Assembly (NCBI GenBank): GCA_964016885.1
Contig: OZ024744.1
Location: forward strand, 134,974,001-135,038,000
Origin: Eledone cirrhosa
Lineage: Eukaryota
Direction of reading: 5' to 3'
DNA: 64,000 nt
Shown one piece after another: positions 35,801 to 48,989 of this stretch. Within the stretch, counting starts at the first letter, position 1; every line of letters starts with the position of its first letter. Both the position numbers and the translations under genes were made by a program. Under the pieces are notes generated by a model. The model had not been told where the DNA came from. It did no database searches and worked only from the letters and a program-made list of their open reading frames with translations.

Positions 35801-38800
35801 GGTTAAGTTAAGTTGGGGTTAAGTTAAGTTGGGGTTAAGTAAAGTTGGGTTTAAGTTAAGTTGGGGTTAAGTTAAGTTGGGGTTAAGTTGGGGTTAAGTT
35901 AAGTTGGTTAGTTAAGTTGAGTTTAAGTTAAGTTGGGGTTAATTTAAGTTGGGGTTAAGTTAAGTTGGGGGCAAGTTAAGTTGGGGTTAAGTTAAGTTGG
36001 GGTTTAATTAAGTTGGGGTTAAGTTAAGTTGGGGTTAAGTTAAGTTGGGGTTAAGTTAAGTTGGGGTTAAATTAAATTGGCGTTAAGTTAAGTTGGGGTA
36101 AAGTTAAGTTGGGGTTAATTTAAGTTGGGGTTAAGTTAAGGCGGGGTTAAGTTGAGTTGGGGTTAAGTTAAGTTGGGGTTAAGTTAAGTTGGTTGAGTTA
36201 ATTTGGGGTTAACTTAAGTTGGGGGTACTTAAGTTGGGTTTAAGTTAAGTGGGGTTAAGTTAAGTTGGGGTTAAGTTAAGTTGGGGTTAAGTTAAGTTGG
36301 GGTTAAGTTAGGTTGTCGTTAAGTTAAGTTGGGGGTAAGTTAAGTTGGGTGTAAGTTAAGTTGGGGTTAATTTAAGTTGGGTCTAATTAAGTTGGGGTTA
36401 AGTTAAGTTGGGGTTAAGTTGAGTTGGGGTTCAGTTAAGTTGCGGTTAATTTAAGTAGGGGTTAAGTTAAGTTGGGGTTAATTTAAGTTGGGGTTAAGTT
36501 AAGTTGGGCTTAATTTAAGTTGGGGTTAAGTTAAGTTGGGGTTAAGTTAAGTTGGGGTTAAGTTAAGTTGGGGTTAAGTTAAGTTGGGGTTAAGTTAAGT
36601 TGGGGTTAAATTAAATTGGGGTTAAGATAAGTTGGGGTTAAGTTAAGTTGGGGTTAAGATAAGTTGGGGTTAAGTTAAGTTGGGGTTGAGTTAAGTTGGA
36701 GTTGAGTTAATTTGGGGTTAACTTAAGTTGGGGGTACTTAAGTTGGGTTTAAGTTAAGTGGGGTTAAGTTAAGTTGGGGTTAAGTTAAGTTGGGGTTAAG
36801 TTAAGTTGGGGTTAAGTTAGGTTGTGGTTAAGTTAAGTTGGGGGTAAGTTAAGTTGGGGGTAATTTAAGTTGGGGTTAATTTAAGTTGGGTCTAATTAAG
36901 TTGGGGTTAAGTTAAGTTGGGGTTAAGTTAAGTTGGGGTTAAGTTAAGTTGGGGTTAAATTAAGTTGGGGTTAAATTAAGTTGGGGTTAAGTTAAGTTGG
37001 GGGTAAGTTAAGTTGGGGGCAAGTTAAGTTGGGGTTAAGTTAAGTTGGGGTTAAATTAAGTTGGGGTTAAGTTAAGTTGGTGTTAAGTTAAGTTGGGGTT
37101 TATTTAAGTTGGGGTTAATTAAGTTGGGGTTAAGTTAAGTTGGTGTCAAGTTAAGTTGGGGTTAATTTAAGTTGGGGTTGAGTTAAGTTGGGGTTATGTT
37201 AAGTTGGGGTTAAGTTAAGTTGGTGTTAAGTTAAGTTGGGGCTAAGTTAAGTTGGGGCTGAGTTAAGTTGGGGCTGAGTTAAGTTGGGGTTAAGTTAAGT
37301 TGGGGTTGAGTTAAGTTGGGGTTAAGTTAAGTTGGGGTTAAGTTAAGTTGGGGTTTAGTTAAGTTGGGGTTCAGTTAAGTTGGGGTTAAGTTAAGTTTGG
37401 GTTAAGTTGGGGTTAAATTAAGTTGGGGTTAAGTTAAGTTGGGGTTATGTTAAGTTGGGGTTAAGTTAAGTTGCGGTTAAGTTAAGTTGGGGTTAAGTTA
37501 AGTTGGGGTTAAGTTAACTTGGGGTTAAGTTAAGTTGGGGTTAAGTTAAGTTGGGGTTAAGTTAAGTTGGGGTTAATTTAAGTTGGGGTTAAGTTAAGGC
37601 GGGGTTAAGTTGAGTTGGGGTTAAGTTAAGTTCGGGTTAAGTTAAGTTGGGGTTGAGTTCATTTGGGGTTAACTTAAGTTGGGGGTACTTAAGTTGGGTT
37701 TTTAGTTAAGTGGGGTTCAGTTAAGTTGGGGTTAAGTTAAGTTGGGGTTAAGTTAAGTTGGGGTTAAGTTAGGTTGTGGTTAAGTTAAGTTGGGGGTAAG
37801 TTAAGTTGGGGGTAAGTTAAGTTGGGGTTAATTTAAGTTGGGTCTAATTAAGTTGGGGTTAAGTCAAGTTGGGGTTAAATTAAGTTGGAGTTAAGTTAAG
37901 TTGGGGTTAAGTTAAGTTGGGGTTAAGTTAAGTTGGGGGTAAGTTAAGTTGGTGGTAAGTTAAGTTGGGGGTAAGTTAAGGCGGGGTTAAGTTGAGTTGG
38001 GGTTAAGTTAAGTTGGGGTTAAGTTAAGTTGGGGTTGAGTTAATTTGGGCTTAACTTAAGTTGGGGGTACTTAAGTTGGGTTTAAGTTAAGTGGGGTTAA
38101 GTTAAGTTGGGGTTAGGTTAAGTTGGGGTTAAGTTAAGTTGGGGGTAAGTTAAGTTGAGGGTAAGTTAAGTTGGGGTTAATTTAAGTTGGGTCAAATTAA
38201 GTTGGGGTTAAGTTAAGTTGGAGTTAAGTTAAGTTGGGGTTAAATTAAGTTGTGGTTAAGTCAAGTTGGGGTTAAATTAAGTTGGAGTTAAGTTAAGTTG
38301 GGGTTAAGTTAAGTTGGGGTTAAGTTAAGTTGGGGGTAAGTTAAGTTGGTGGTAAGTTAAGTTGGGGGTAAGTTAAGATGGGGTTAAGTTAAGTTGGGGT
38401 TAAATTAATTTGGGGTTAAGTTAGGGTTAAGTTAAGTTGGGTTGATTTAAGTTGGGGTTAAGTTAAGTTGGGGTTATGTTAAGTTGGGGTTAAGTTAAGT
38501 TGGGGTTTAGTTGATTTTGGGTTCAGTTAAGTTGCGGTTAAGTTAAGTTGGGGTTAAGTTAAGTTGGGGTTAAGTTAAGTTGGGGTTACTTTAAGTTGGG
38601 GTTAAGTTAAGTTGGGGTTAAGTTAAGTTGGGGTTAAGTTAAGTTGGGGTTAAGTTAAGTTGCGGTTAAATTAAGTTGGGGTTAAGTTAATTTGGGGTTA
38701 AGTTAAGTTGGGGTTAAGATAAGTTGGGGTTAAGTTAAGAAGGGGTTGAGTTAAGTTGGGGTTGAGTTAATTTGGGGTTAACTTAAGTTGGGGGTACTTA

Positions 38801-41800
38801 AGTTGGGTTTAAGTTAAGTGGGGTTAAGTTAAGTTGGGGTTAAGTTAAGTTGGAGTTAAGTTAAGTTGGGGTTAAGTTAGGTTGTGGTTAAGTTAAGTTG
38901 GGGGTAAGTTAAGTTGGGGGTAATTTAAGTTGGGGTTAATTTAAGTTGGGTCTAATTAAGTTGGGGTTAAGTTAAGTTGGGGTTACGTTAAGTTGGGGTT
39001 AAATTAAGTTGGGGTTAAGTTAAGTTGAGGTTAAATTAAGTTGGGGTTAAGTTAAGTTGGGGTTAAGTTAAGTTGGGGTTAAGTTAAGTTGGGGTTTAGT
39101 TGATTTTGGGTTCAGTTAAGTTGCGGTTAAGTTAAGTTGGGGTTAAGTTAAGTTGGGGTTAAGTTAAGTTGGGGTTAAATTAAGTTGGGGTTAAATTAAG
39201 TTGGGGTTAAGTTAAGTTGGGGGTATGTTAAGTTGGGGGCAAGTTAAATTGGGGTTAAGTTAAGTTGGGGTTAAATTAAGTTGGGGTTAAGTTAAGTTGG
39301 TGTTAAGTTAAGTTGGGGTTTATTTAAGTTGGGGTTAATTAAGTTGGGGTTAAGTTAAGTTGGGGTTAAGTTAAGTTGGGGTTAATTTAAGTTGGGGTTG
39401 AGTTAAGTTGGGGTTAAGTTAAGTTGGGGTTAAGTTAAGTTGGTGTTAAGTTAAGTTGGGGCTAAGTTAAGTTGGGGCTGAGTTAAGTTGGGGCTGAGTT
39501 AAGTTGGGGTTAAGTTAAGTTGGGGTTGAGTTAAGTTGGGGTTAAGTTAAGTTGGGGTTAAGTTAAGTTGGGGTTTAGTTAAGTTGGGGTTCAGTTAAGT
39601 TGGGGTTAAGTTAACTTGGGGTTAAGTTAAGTTGGGGTTAAGTTAAGTTGGGGTTAAGTTAAGTTGGGGTTAATTTAAGTTGGGGTTAAGTTAAGGCGGG
39701 GTTAAGTTGAGTTGGGGTTAAGTTAAGTTGGGGTTAAGTTAAGTTGGGGTTGAGTTAATTTGGGGTTAACTTAAGTTGGGGGTACTTAAGTTGGGTTTAA
39801 GTTAAGTGGGGTTCAGTTAAGTTGGGGTTAAGTTAAGTTGGGGTTAAGTTAAGTTGGGGTTAAGTTAAGTTGGGGTTAAGTTAGGTTGTGGTTAAGTTAA
39901 GTTGGGGGTAAGTTAAGTTGGGGGTAAGTTAAGTTGGGGTTAATTTAAGTTGGGTCTAATTAAGTTGGGGTTAAGTTAAGTTGGGGTTAAGTTAAGTTGG
40001 GGTTGAGTTAATTTGGGCTTAACTTAAGTTGGGGGTACTTAAGTTGGGTTTAAGTTAAGTGGGGTTAAGTTAAGTTGGGGTTAAGTTAAGTTGGGGTTAA
40101 GTTAAGTTGGGGGTAAGTTAAGTTGAGGGTAAGTTAAGTTGGGGTTAATTTAAGTTGGGTCAAATTAAGTTGGGGTTAAGTTAAGTTGGAGTTAAGTTAA
40201 GTTGGGGTTAAATTAAGTTGGGGTTAAGTTAAGTTGGGGTTAAATTAAGTTGGAGTTAAGTTAAGTTGGGGTTAAGTTAAGTTGGGGTTAAGTTAAGTTG
40301 GGGGTAAGTTAAGTTGGTGGTAAGTTAAGTTTGGGGTAAGTTAAGATGGGGTTAAGTTAAGTTGGGGTTAAGTTAATTTGGGGTTAAGTTAGGGTTAAGT
40401 TAAGTTGGGTTGATTTAAGTTGGGGTTAAGTTAAGTTGGGGTTATGTTAAGTTGGGGTTAAGTTAAGTTGGGGTTAAGTTGAGTTGGGGTTCAGTTAAGT
40501 TGCGGTTAAGTTAAGTTGGGGTTAAGTTAAGTTGGGGTTAAGTTAAGTTGGGGTTACTTTAAGTTGGGGTTAAGTTAAGTAGTGGTTGAGTTAAGTTGGG
40601 GTTGAGTTAATTTGGGGTTAACTTAAGTTGGGGGTACTTAAGTTGGGTTTAAGTTAAGTGGGGTTAAGTTAAGTTGGGGTTAAGTTAAGTTGGGGTTAAG
40701 TTAGGATGTGGTTAAGTTAAGTTGGGGTAAGTTAAGTTGGGGGTAAGTTAAGTTGGGGTTAATTTAAGTTGGGTCTAATTAAGTTGGGGTTAAGTTAAGT
40801 TGGGGTTAAGTTAAGTTGGGGTTAAATTAAGTTGGGGTTAAGTTAAGTTGGGGCTAAATTAAGTTTGGGTTAATTAAGTTGGGGTTAAGTTAAGTTGGGG
40901 TTAAGTTAAGTTGGGGTTAAGTTAAGTTGGGGGTAAGTTAAGTTGGTGGTAAGTTAAGTTGGGGGTAAGTTAAGATGGGGTTAAGTTAAGTTGGGGTTAA
41001 GTTAATTTGGGGTTAAGTTAGGGTTAAGTTAAGTTGGGGTTGAGTTAAGTTGGGGTTAAGTTAAGTTGGGGTTATGTTAAGTTGGGGTTAAATTAAGTTG
41101 GGGTTAAGTTAAGTTGGGGTTAAGTTAAGTTGGGGTTGAGTTAAGTTGGGGTTCAGTTAAGTTGGGGTTAAGTTAAGTTGGGGTTAAGATGGGGTTAAAT
41201 TAAGTTGGGGTTAAGTTAAGTTGGGGTTAAGTTAAGTTGGGGTTAAGTTAAGTTGGGGTTAAGTTAAGTCGGGGTTAAGTTAAGTCGGGGTTAAGTTAAG
41301 TTAGGGTTAAGTTAAGTTGGAGTTAAGTTAAGTTGGGGTAGAGTTAAGTTGGGGTTGAGTTAAATTGGGGTGGAGTTAAGTTGGGGTTGCGTTAAGTTGG
41401 TGTTGAGTTAAGTTGGGGTTAAGTTAAGTTGGGGTTAAGTTAAGTTGGGGTTAAGTTAAGTTGGTGTTAAGTTAAGTTGGGACTAAGTTAAGTTGGGGCT
41501 GAGTTAAGTTGGGGCTGAGTTAAGTTGGGGTTAAGTTAAGTTGGGGTTGAGTTAAGTTGGGGTTAAGTTAAGTTGGGGTTAAGTTAAGTTGGGGTTAAGT
41601 TAAGTTGGGGTTAAGTTAAGTTGGGGTTTAGTTAAGTTGGGGTTAAGTTAAGTTGGGGTTAATTTAAGTTGGGGTTAAGTTAAGTTGCGGGTAATTTAAG
41701 TTGGGGTTAAGTTAAGTTGGGGTTAAATTAAGTTGGAGTTAAGTTAAGTTGGGGTTAAGTTAAGTTGGGGTTAAGTTAAGTTGGGGGTAAGTTAAGTTGG

Positions 41801-43969
41801 TGGTAAGTTAAGTTGGGGGTAAGTTAAGATGGGGTTAAGTTAAGTTGGGGTTAAATTAAGTTGGGGTTAAATTAAGTTGGGGTTAAGTTAAGTTGGGGGT
41901 AAGTTAAGTTGGGGGCAAGTTAAGTTGGGGTTAAGTTAAGTTGGGGTTAAATTAAGTTGGGGTTAAGTTAAGTTGGGGTTAAGTTAAGTGGTGGTTATGT
42001 TAAGTTGGGGTTAAGTTAATTTGGGGTTAAGTTAGGGTTAAGTTAAGTTGGGGTTGAGTTAAGTTGGGGTTAAGTTAAGTTGGGGTTAAGTTAAGTTGGG
42101 GTTAATTTAAGTTGGGGTTAAGTTAAGTTGGGGTTAAGTTAAGTTGGGGTTAAGTTAAGTTGGGGTTAAGTTAAGTTGGGGTTAAATTAAGTTGGGGTTA
42201 AGTTAATTTAGGGTTAAGTTATGGTTAAGTTAAGTTGGGGTTGAGTTAAGTTGGGGTTAAGTTAAGTTGGGGTTATGTTAAGATGGGGTTAACTTAAGTT
42301 GGAGTTAAGTTGAGTTGGGGTTCAGTTAAGTTGCGGTTAATTTAAGTTGGGGTTAAGTTAAGTTGGGGTTAAGTTAAGTTGGGGTTAAGTTAAGTTGGGG
42401 TTAATTTAAGTTGGGGTTAAGTTAAGTTGGGGTTAATTTAAGTTGGGGTTAATTTAAGTTGGGGTTAAGTTAAGTTGGGGTTAAATTAAGTTGGGGTTAA
42501 GTTAAGTTGGGGTTAAGTTAAGTTGGGGTTAAATTAAGTTGGGGTTAAAGTAAGTTGGGGTTAAGTTAAGTTGGGGGTAAGTTAAGTTGGGGGCAAGTTA
42601 AGTTGGGGTTAAGTTAAGTTGGGGTTTAATTAAGTTGGGGTTAAGTTAAGTTGGGGTTAAGTTAAGTTGGGGTTAAGTTAAGTTGGGGTTAAATTAAATT
42701 GGCGTTAAGTTAAGTTGGAGTAAAGTTAAGTTGGGGTTAATTTAAGTTGGGGTTAAGTTAAGGCGGGGTTAAGTTGAGTTGGGGTTAAGTTAAGTTGGGG
42801 TTAAGTTAAGTTGGTTGAGTTAATTTGGGGTTAACTTAAGTTGGGGGTACTTAAGTTGGGTTTAAGTTAAGTGGGGTTAAGTTAAGTTGGGGTTAAGTTA
42901 AGTTGGGGTTAAGTTAAGTTGGGGTTAAGTTAGGTTGTCGTTAAGTTAAGTTGGGGGTAAGTTAAGTTGAGGGTAAGTTAAGTTGGGGTTGAGTTAATTT
43001 GGGGTTAAGTTAAGTTGGGGTTATGTTAAGTTGGGGTTAAGTTAAGTTGGGGTTAAGTTGAGTTGGGGTTCAGTTAAGTTGCGGTTAATTTAAGTAGGGG
43101 TTAAGTTAAGTTGGGGTTAATTTAAGTTGGGGTTAAGTTAAGTTGGGCTTAATTTAAGTTGGGGTTAAGTTAAGTTGGGGTTAAGTTAAGTTGGGGTTAA
43201 GTTAAGTTGGGGTTAAGTTAAGTTGGGGTTAAATTAAATTGGGGTTAAGATAAGTTGGGGTTAAGTTAAGTTGGGGTTAAGATAAGTTGGGGTTAAGTTA
43301 AGTTGGGGTTGAGTTAAGTTGGAGTTGAGTTAATTTGGGGTTAACTTAAGTTGGGGGTACTTAAGTTGGGTTTAAGTTAAGTGGGGTTAAGTTAAGTTGG
43401 GGTTAAGTTAAGTTGGGGTTAAGTTAAGTTGGGGTTAAGTTAGGTTGTGGTTAAGTTAAGTTGGGGGTAAGTTAAGTTGGGGGTAATTTAAGTTGGGGTT
43501 AATTTAAGTTGGGTCTAATTAAGTTGGGGTTAAGTTAAGTTGGGGTTAAGTTAAGTTGGGGTTAAGTTAAGTTGGGGTTAAATTAAGTTGGGGTTAAATT
43601 AAGTTGGGGTTAAGTTAAGTTGGGGGTAAGTTAAGTTGGGGGCAAGTTAAGTTGGGGTTAAGTTAAGTTGGGGTTAAATTAAGTTGGGGTTAAGTTAAGT
43701 TGGTGTTAAGTTAAGTTGGGGTTTATTTAAGTTGGGGTTAATTAAGTTGGGGTTAAGTTAAGTTGGTGTTAAGTTAAGTTGGGGTTAATTTAAGTTGGGG
43801 TTGAGTTAAGTTGGGGTTATGTTAAGTTGGGGTTAAGTTAAGTTGGTGTTAAGTTAAGTTGGGGCTAAGTTAAGTTGGGGCTGAGTTAAGTTGGGGCTGA
43901 GTTAAGTTGGGGTTAAGTTAAGTTGGGGTTGAGTTAAGTTGGGGTTAACTTAAGTTGGGGTTAAGTTAA

Positions 43970-46900
43970 GTTGGGGTTTAGTTAAGTTGGGGTTCAGTTA
44001 AGTTGGGGTTAAGTTAAGTTTGGGTTAAGTTGGGGTTAAATTAAGTTGGGGTTAAGTTAAGTTGGGGTTATGTTAAGTTGGGGTTAAGTTAAGTTGCGGT
44101 TAAGTTAAGTTGGGGTTAAGTTAAGTTGGGGTTAAGTTAACTTGGGGTTAAGTTAAGTTGGGGGTTAAGTTAAGTTGGGGTTAAGTTAAGTTGGGGTTAA
44201 TTTAAGTTGGGGTTAAGTTAAGGCGGGGTTAAGTTGAGTTGGGGTTAAGTTAAGTTGGGGTTAAGTTAAGTTGGGGTTGAGTTAATTTGGGGTTAACTTA
44301 AGTTGGGGGTACTTAAGTTGGGTTTAAGTTAAGTGGGGTTCAGTTAAGTTGGGGTTAAGTTAAGTTGGGGTTAAGTTAAGTTGGGGTTAAGTTAGGTTGT
44401 GGTTAAGTTAAGTTGGGGGTAAGTTAAGTTGGGGGTAAGTTAAGTTGGGGTTAATTTAAGTTGGGTCTAATTAAGTTGGGGTTAAGTTAAGTTGGGGTTA
44501 AGTTAAGTTGGGGTTGAGTTAATTTGGGCTTAACTTAAGTTGGGGGTACTTAAGTTGGGTTTAAGTTAAGTGGGGTTAAGTTAAGTTGGGGTTAGGTTAA
44601 GTTGGGGTTAAGTTAAGTTGGGGGTAAGTTAAGTTGAGGGTAAGTTAAGTTGGGGTTAATTTAAGTTGGGTCAAATTAAGTTGGGGTTAAGTTAAGTTGG
44701 AGTTAAGTTAAGTTGGGGTTAAATTAAGTTGTGGTTAAGTCAAGTTGGGGTTAAATTAAGTTGGAGTTAAGTTAAGTTGGGGTTAAGTTAAGTTGGGGGT
44801 AAGTTAAGATGGGGTTAAGTTAAGTTGGGGTTAAATTAATTTGGGGTTAAGTTAGGGTTAAGTTAAGTTGGGTTGATTTAAGTTGGGGTTAAGTTAAGTT
44901 GGGGTTATGTTAAGTTGGGGTTAAGTTAAGTTGGGGTTTAGTTGATTTTGGGTTCAGTTAAGTTGCGGTTAAGTTAAGTTGGGGTTAAGTTAAGTTGGGG
45001 TTAAGTTAAGTTGGGGTTACTTTAAGTTGGGGTTAAGTTAAGTTGGGGTTAAGTTAAGTTGGGGTTAAGTTAAGTTGGGGTTAAGTTAAGTTGCGGTTAA
45101 ATTAAGTTGGGGTTAAGTTAATTTGGGGTTAAGTTAAGTTGGGGTTAAGATAAGTTGGGGTTAAGTTAAGAAGGGGTTGAGTTAAGTTGGGGTTGAGTTA
45201 ATTTGGGGTTAACTTAAGTTGGGGGTACTTAAGTTGGGTTTAAGTTAAGTGGGGTTAAGTTAAGTTGGGGTTAAGTTAAGTTGGGGTTAAGTTAGGATGT
45301 GGTTAAGTTAAGTTGGGGTAAGTTAAGTTGGGGGTAAGTTAAGTTGGGGTTAATTTAAGTTGGGTCTAATTAAGTTGGGGTTAAGTTAAGTTGGGGTTAA
45401 GTTAACTTGGGGTTAAATTAAGTTGGGGTTAAGTTAAGTTGGGGCTAAATTAAGTTTGGGTTAATTAAGTTGGGGTTAAGTTAAGTTGGGGTTAAGTTAA
45501 GTTGGGGTTAAGTTAAGTTGGGGGTAAGTTAAGTTGGTGGTAAGTTAAGTTGGGGGTAAGTTAAGATGGGGTTAAGTTAAGTTGGGGTTAAGTTAATTTG
45601 GGGTTAAGTTAGGGTTAAGTTAAGTTGGGGTTGAGTTAAGTTGGGGTTAAGTTAAGTTGGGGTTATGTTAAGTTGGGGTTAAATTAAGTTGGGGTTAAGT
45701 TAAGTTGGGGTTAAGTTAAGTTGGTGTTAAGTTAAGTTGGGGCTAAGTTAAGTTGGGGCTGAGTTAAGTTGGGGCTGAGTTAAGTTGGGGTTAAGTTAAG
45801 TTGGGGTTAAGTTAAGTTGGGGTTAAGTTAAGTTGGGGTTAAGTTAAGTTGGGGTTGAGTTAAGTTGGGGTTCAGTTAAGTTGGGGTTAAGTTAAGTTGG
45901 GGTTAAAATGGGGTTAAATTAAGTTGGGGTTAAGTTAAGTTGGGGTTAAGTTAAGTTGGGGTTAAGTTAAGTTGAGTTTAAGTTAAGTTGGGGTTTAGTT
46001 AAGTTGGGGTTCAGTTAAGTTGGGGTTAAGTTAAGTTTGGGTTAAGTTGGGGTTAAATTAAGTTGGGGTTAAGTTAAGTTGGGGTTATGTTAAGTTGGGG
46101 TTAAGTTAAGTTGCGGTTAAGTTAAGTTGGGGTTAAGTTAAGTTGGGGTTAAGTTAACTTGGGGTTAAGTTAAGTTGGGGTTAAGTTAAGTTGGGGTTAA
46201 GTTAAGTTGGGGTTAATTTAAGTTGGGGTTAAGTTAAGGCGGGGTTAAGTTGAGTTGGGGTTAAGTTAAGTTGGGGTTAAGTTAAGTTGGGGTTGAGTTA
46301 ATTTGGGGTTAACTTAAGTTGGGGGTACTTAAGTTGGGTTTAAGTTAAGTGGGGTTCAGTTAAGTTGGGGTTAAGTTAAGTTGGGGTTAAGTTAGGTTGT
46401 GGTTAAGTTAAGTTGGGGGTAAGTTAAGTTGGGGGTAAGTTAAGTTGGGGTTAATTTAAGATGGGTCTAATTAAGTTGGGGTTAAGTTAAGTTGGGGTTA
46501 AGTTAAGTTGGGGTTGAGTTAATTTGGGCTTAACTTAAGTTGGGGGTACTTAAGTTGGGTTTAAGTTAAGTGGGGTTAAGTTAAGTTGGGGTTAGGTTAA
46601 GTTGGGGTTAAGTTAAGTTGGGGGTAAGTTAAGTTGAGGGTAAGTTAAGTTGGGGTTAATTTAAGTTGGGTCAAATTAAGTTGGGGTTAAGTTAAGTTGG
46701 AGTTAAGTTAAGTTGGGGTTAAATTAAGTTGGGGTTAAGTCAAGTTGGGGTTAAATTAAGTTGGAGTTAAGTTAAGTTGGGGTTAAGTTAAGTTGGGGTT
46801 AAGTTAAGTTGGGGGTAAGTTAAGTTGGTGGTAAGTTAAGTTGGGGGTAAGTTAAGATGGGGTTAAGTTAAGTTGGGGTTAAGTTAATTTGGGGTTAAGT

Positions 46901-48030
46901 TAGGGTTAAGTTAAGTTGGGTTGATTTAAGTTGGGGTTAAGTTAAGTTGGGGTTATGTTAAGTTGGGGTTAAGTTAAGTTGGGGTTTAGTTGATTTTGGG
47001 TTCAGTTAAGTTGCGGTTAAGTTAAGTTGGGGTTAAGTTAAGTTGGGGTTAAGTTAAGTTGGGGTTACTTTAAGTTGGGGTTAAGTTAAGTTGGGGTTAA
47101 GTTAAGTTGGGCTTAAGTTAAGTTGGGGTTAAGTTAAGTTGCGGTTAAATTAAGTTGGGGTTAAGTTAATTTGGGGTTAAGTTAAGTTGGGGTTAAGATA
47201 AGTTGGGGTTAAGTTAAGAAGGGGTTGAGTTAAGTTGGGGTTCAGTTAATTTGGGGTTAACTTAAGTTGGGGGTACTTAAGTTGGGTTTAAGTTAAGTGG
47301 GGTTAAGTTAAGTTGGGGTTAAGTTAAGTTGGGGTTAAGTTAGGATGTGGTTAAGTTAAGTTGGGGTAAGTTAAGTTGGGGGTAAGTTAAGTTGGGGTTA
47401 ATTTAAGTTGGGTCTAATTAAGTTGGGGTTAAGTTAAGTTGGGGTTAAGTTAACTTGGGGTTAAATTAAGTTGGGGTTAAGTTAAGTTGGGGCTAAATTA
47501 AGTTTGGGTTAATTAAGTTGGGGTTAAGTTAAGTTGGGGTTAAGTTAAGTTGGGGTTAAGTTAAGTTGGGGGTAAGTTAAGTTGGTGGTAAGTTAAGTTG
47601 GGGGTAAGTTAAGATGGGGTTAAGTTAAGTTGGGGTTAAGTTAATTTGGGGTTAAGTTAGGGTTAAGTTAAGTTGGGGTTGAGTTAAGTTGGGGTTAAGT
47701 TAAGTTGGGGTTATGTTAAGTTGGGGTTAAATTAAGTTGGGGTTAAGTTAAGTTGGGGTTAAGTTAAGTTGGTGTTAAGTTAAGTTGGGGCTAAGTTAAG
47801 TTGGGGCTGAGTTAAGTTGGGGCTGAGTTAAGTTGGGGTTAAGTTAAGTTGGGGTTAAGTTAAGTTGGGGTTAAGTTAAGTTGGGGTTAAGTTAAGTTGG
47901 GGTTGAGTTAAGTTGGGGTTCAGTTAAGTTGGGGTTAAGTTAAGTTGGGGTTAAAATGGGGTTAAATTAAGTTGGGGTTAAGTTAAGTTGGGGTTAAGTT
48001 AAGTTGGGGTTAAGTTAAGTTGGGGTTAAG
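43970..48030 (+). repeat. Tandem duplication with ~2,048-bp offset
   Basis: TTGATTTTGGG at 44942/46990, AGAAGGGG at ~45169/47217 and TTAAAATGGGG at 45903/47951. Ends are approximate. Confidence 0.8.
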
Positions 48031-48989
48031 TTAAGTCGGGGTTAAGTTAAGTCGGGGTTAAGTTAAGTTAGGGTTAAGTTAAGTTGGAGTTAAGTTAAGT
48101 TGGGGTTAAGTTAAGTTGGTGTTAAGTTAAGTTGGGGCTAAGTTAAGTTGGGGTTAAGTTAAGTTGGGGTTAAGTTAAGTTGGGGTTTAGTTAAGTTGGG
48201 GTTCAGTTAAGTTGGGGTTAAGTTAAGTTTGGGTTAAGTTGGGGTTAAATTAAGTTGGGGTTAAGTTAAGTTGGGGTTTATTTAAGTTGGGGTTAAGTTA
48301 AGTTGGGGTTAATTTAAGTTGGGGTTAAGTTAAGTTGCGGGTAATTTAAGTTGGGGTTAAGATAAGTTGGGGTTAAATTAAGTTGGAGTTAAGTTAAGTT
48401 GGGGTTAAGTTAAGTTGGGGTTAAGTTAAGTTGGGGGTAAGTTAAGTTGGTGGTAAGTTAAGTTGGGGGTAAGTTAAGATGGGGTTAAGTTAAGTTGGGG
48501 TTAAATTAAGTTGGGGTTAAATTAAGTTGGGGTTAAGTTAAGTTGGGGGTAAGTTAAGTTGGGGGCAAGTTAAGTTGGGGTTAAGTTAAGTTGGGGTTAA
48601 ATTAAGTTGGGGTCAAGTTAAGTTGGGGTTAAGTTAAGTGGTGGTTATGTTAAGTTGGGGTTAAGTTAATTTGGGGTTAAGTTAGGGTTAAGTTAAGTTG
48701 GGGTTGAGTTAAGTTGGGGTTAAGTTAAGTTGGGGTTAAGTTAAGTTGGGGTTAATTTAAGTTGGGGTTAAGTTAAGTTGGGGTTAAGTTAAGTTGGGGT
48801 TAAGTTAAGTTGGAGTTAAGTTAAGTTGGGGTTAAATTAAGTTGGGGTTAAGTTAATTTAGGGTTAAGTTATGGTTAAGTTAAGTTGGGGTTGAGTTAAG
48901 TTGGGGTTAAGTTAAGTTGGGGTTATGTTAAGATGGGGTTAAATTAAGTTGGGGTTAAATTAAGTTGGAGTTAAGTTAAGTTGGGGTTA

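Larger units (their letters stand above)
24800..35960 (+). repeat. Satellite sub-domain Ib: rearranged higher-order units marked by AAATTACGTTGGAG and AAGGTGCGG, with sparse inversions
   Basis: TTACGTTGGAG occurs at ~25137, 26245, 29260, 30862, 32018, 33665, 34934 and 35472 and was not seen outside this interval. Only two inverted blocks are present (26879, 32636). Confidence 0.75.

Noticed and set aside
43970-48030. Special meaning of the 2,048-bp (128 x 16) offset
   Set aside because: The unit contains several non-16-bp monomers, so the round number is most likely coincidental.
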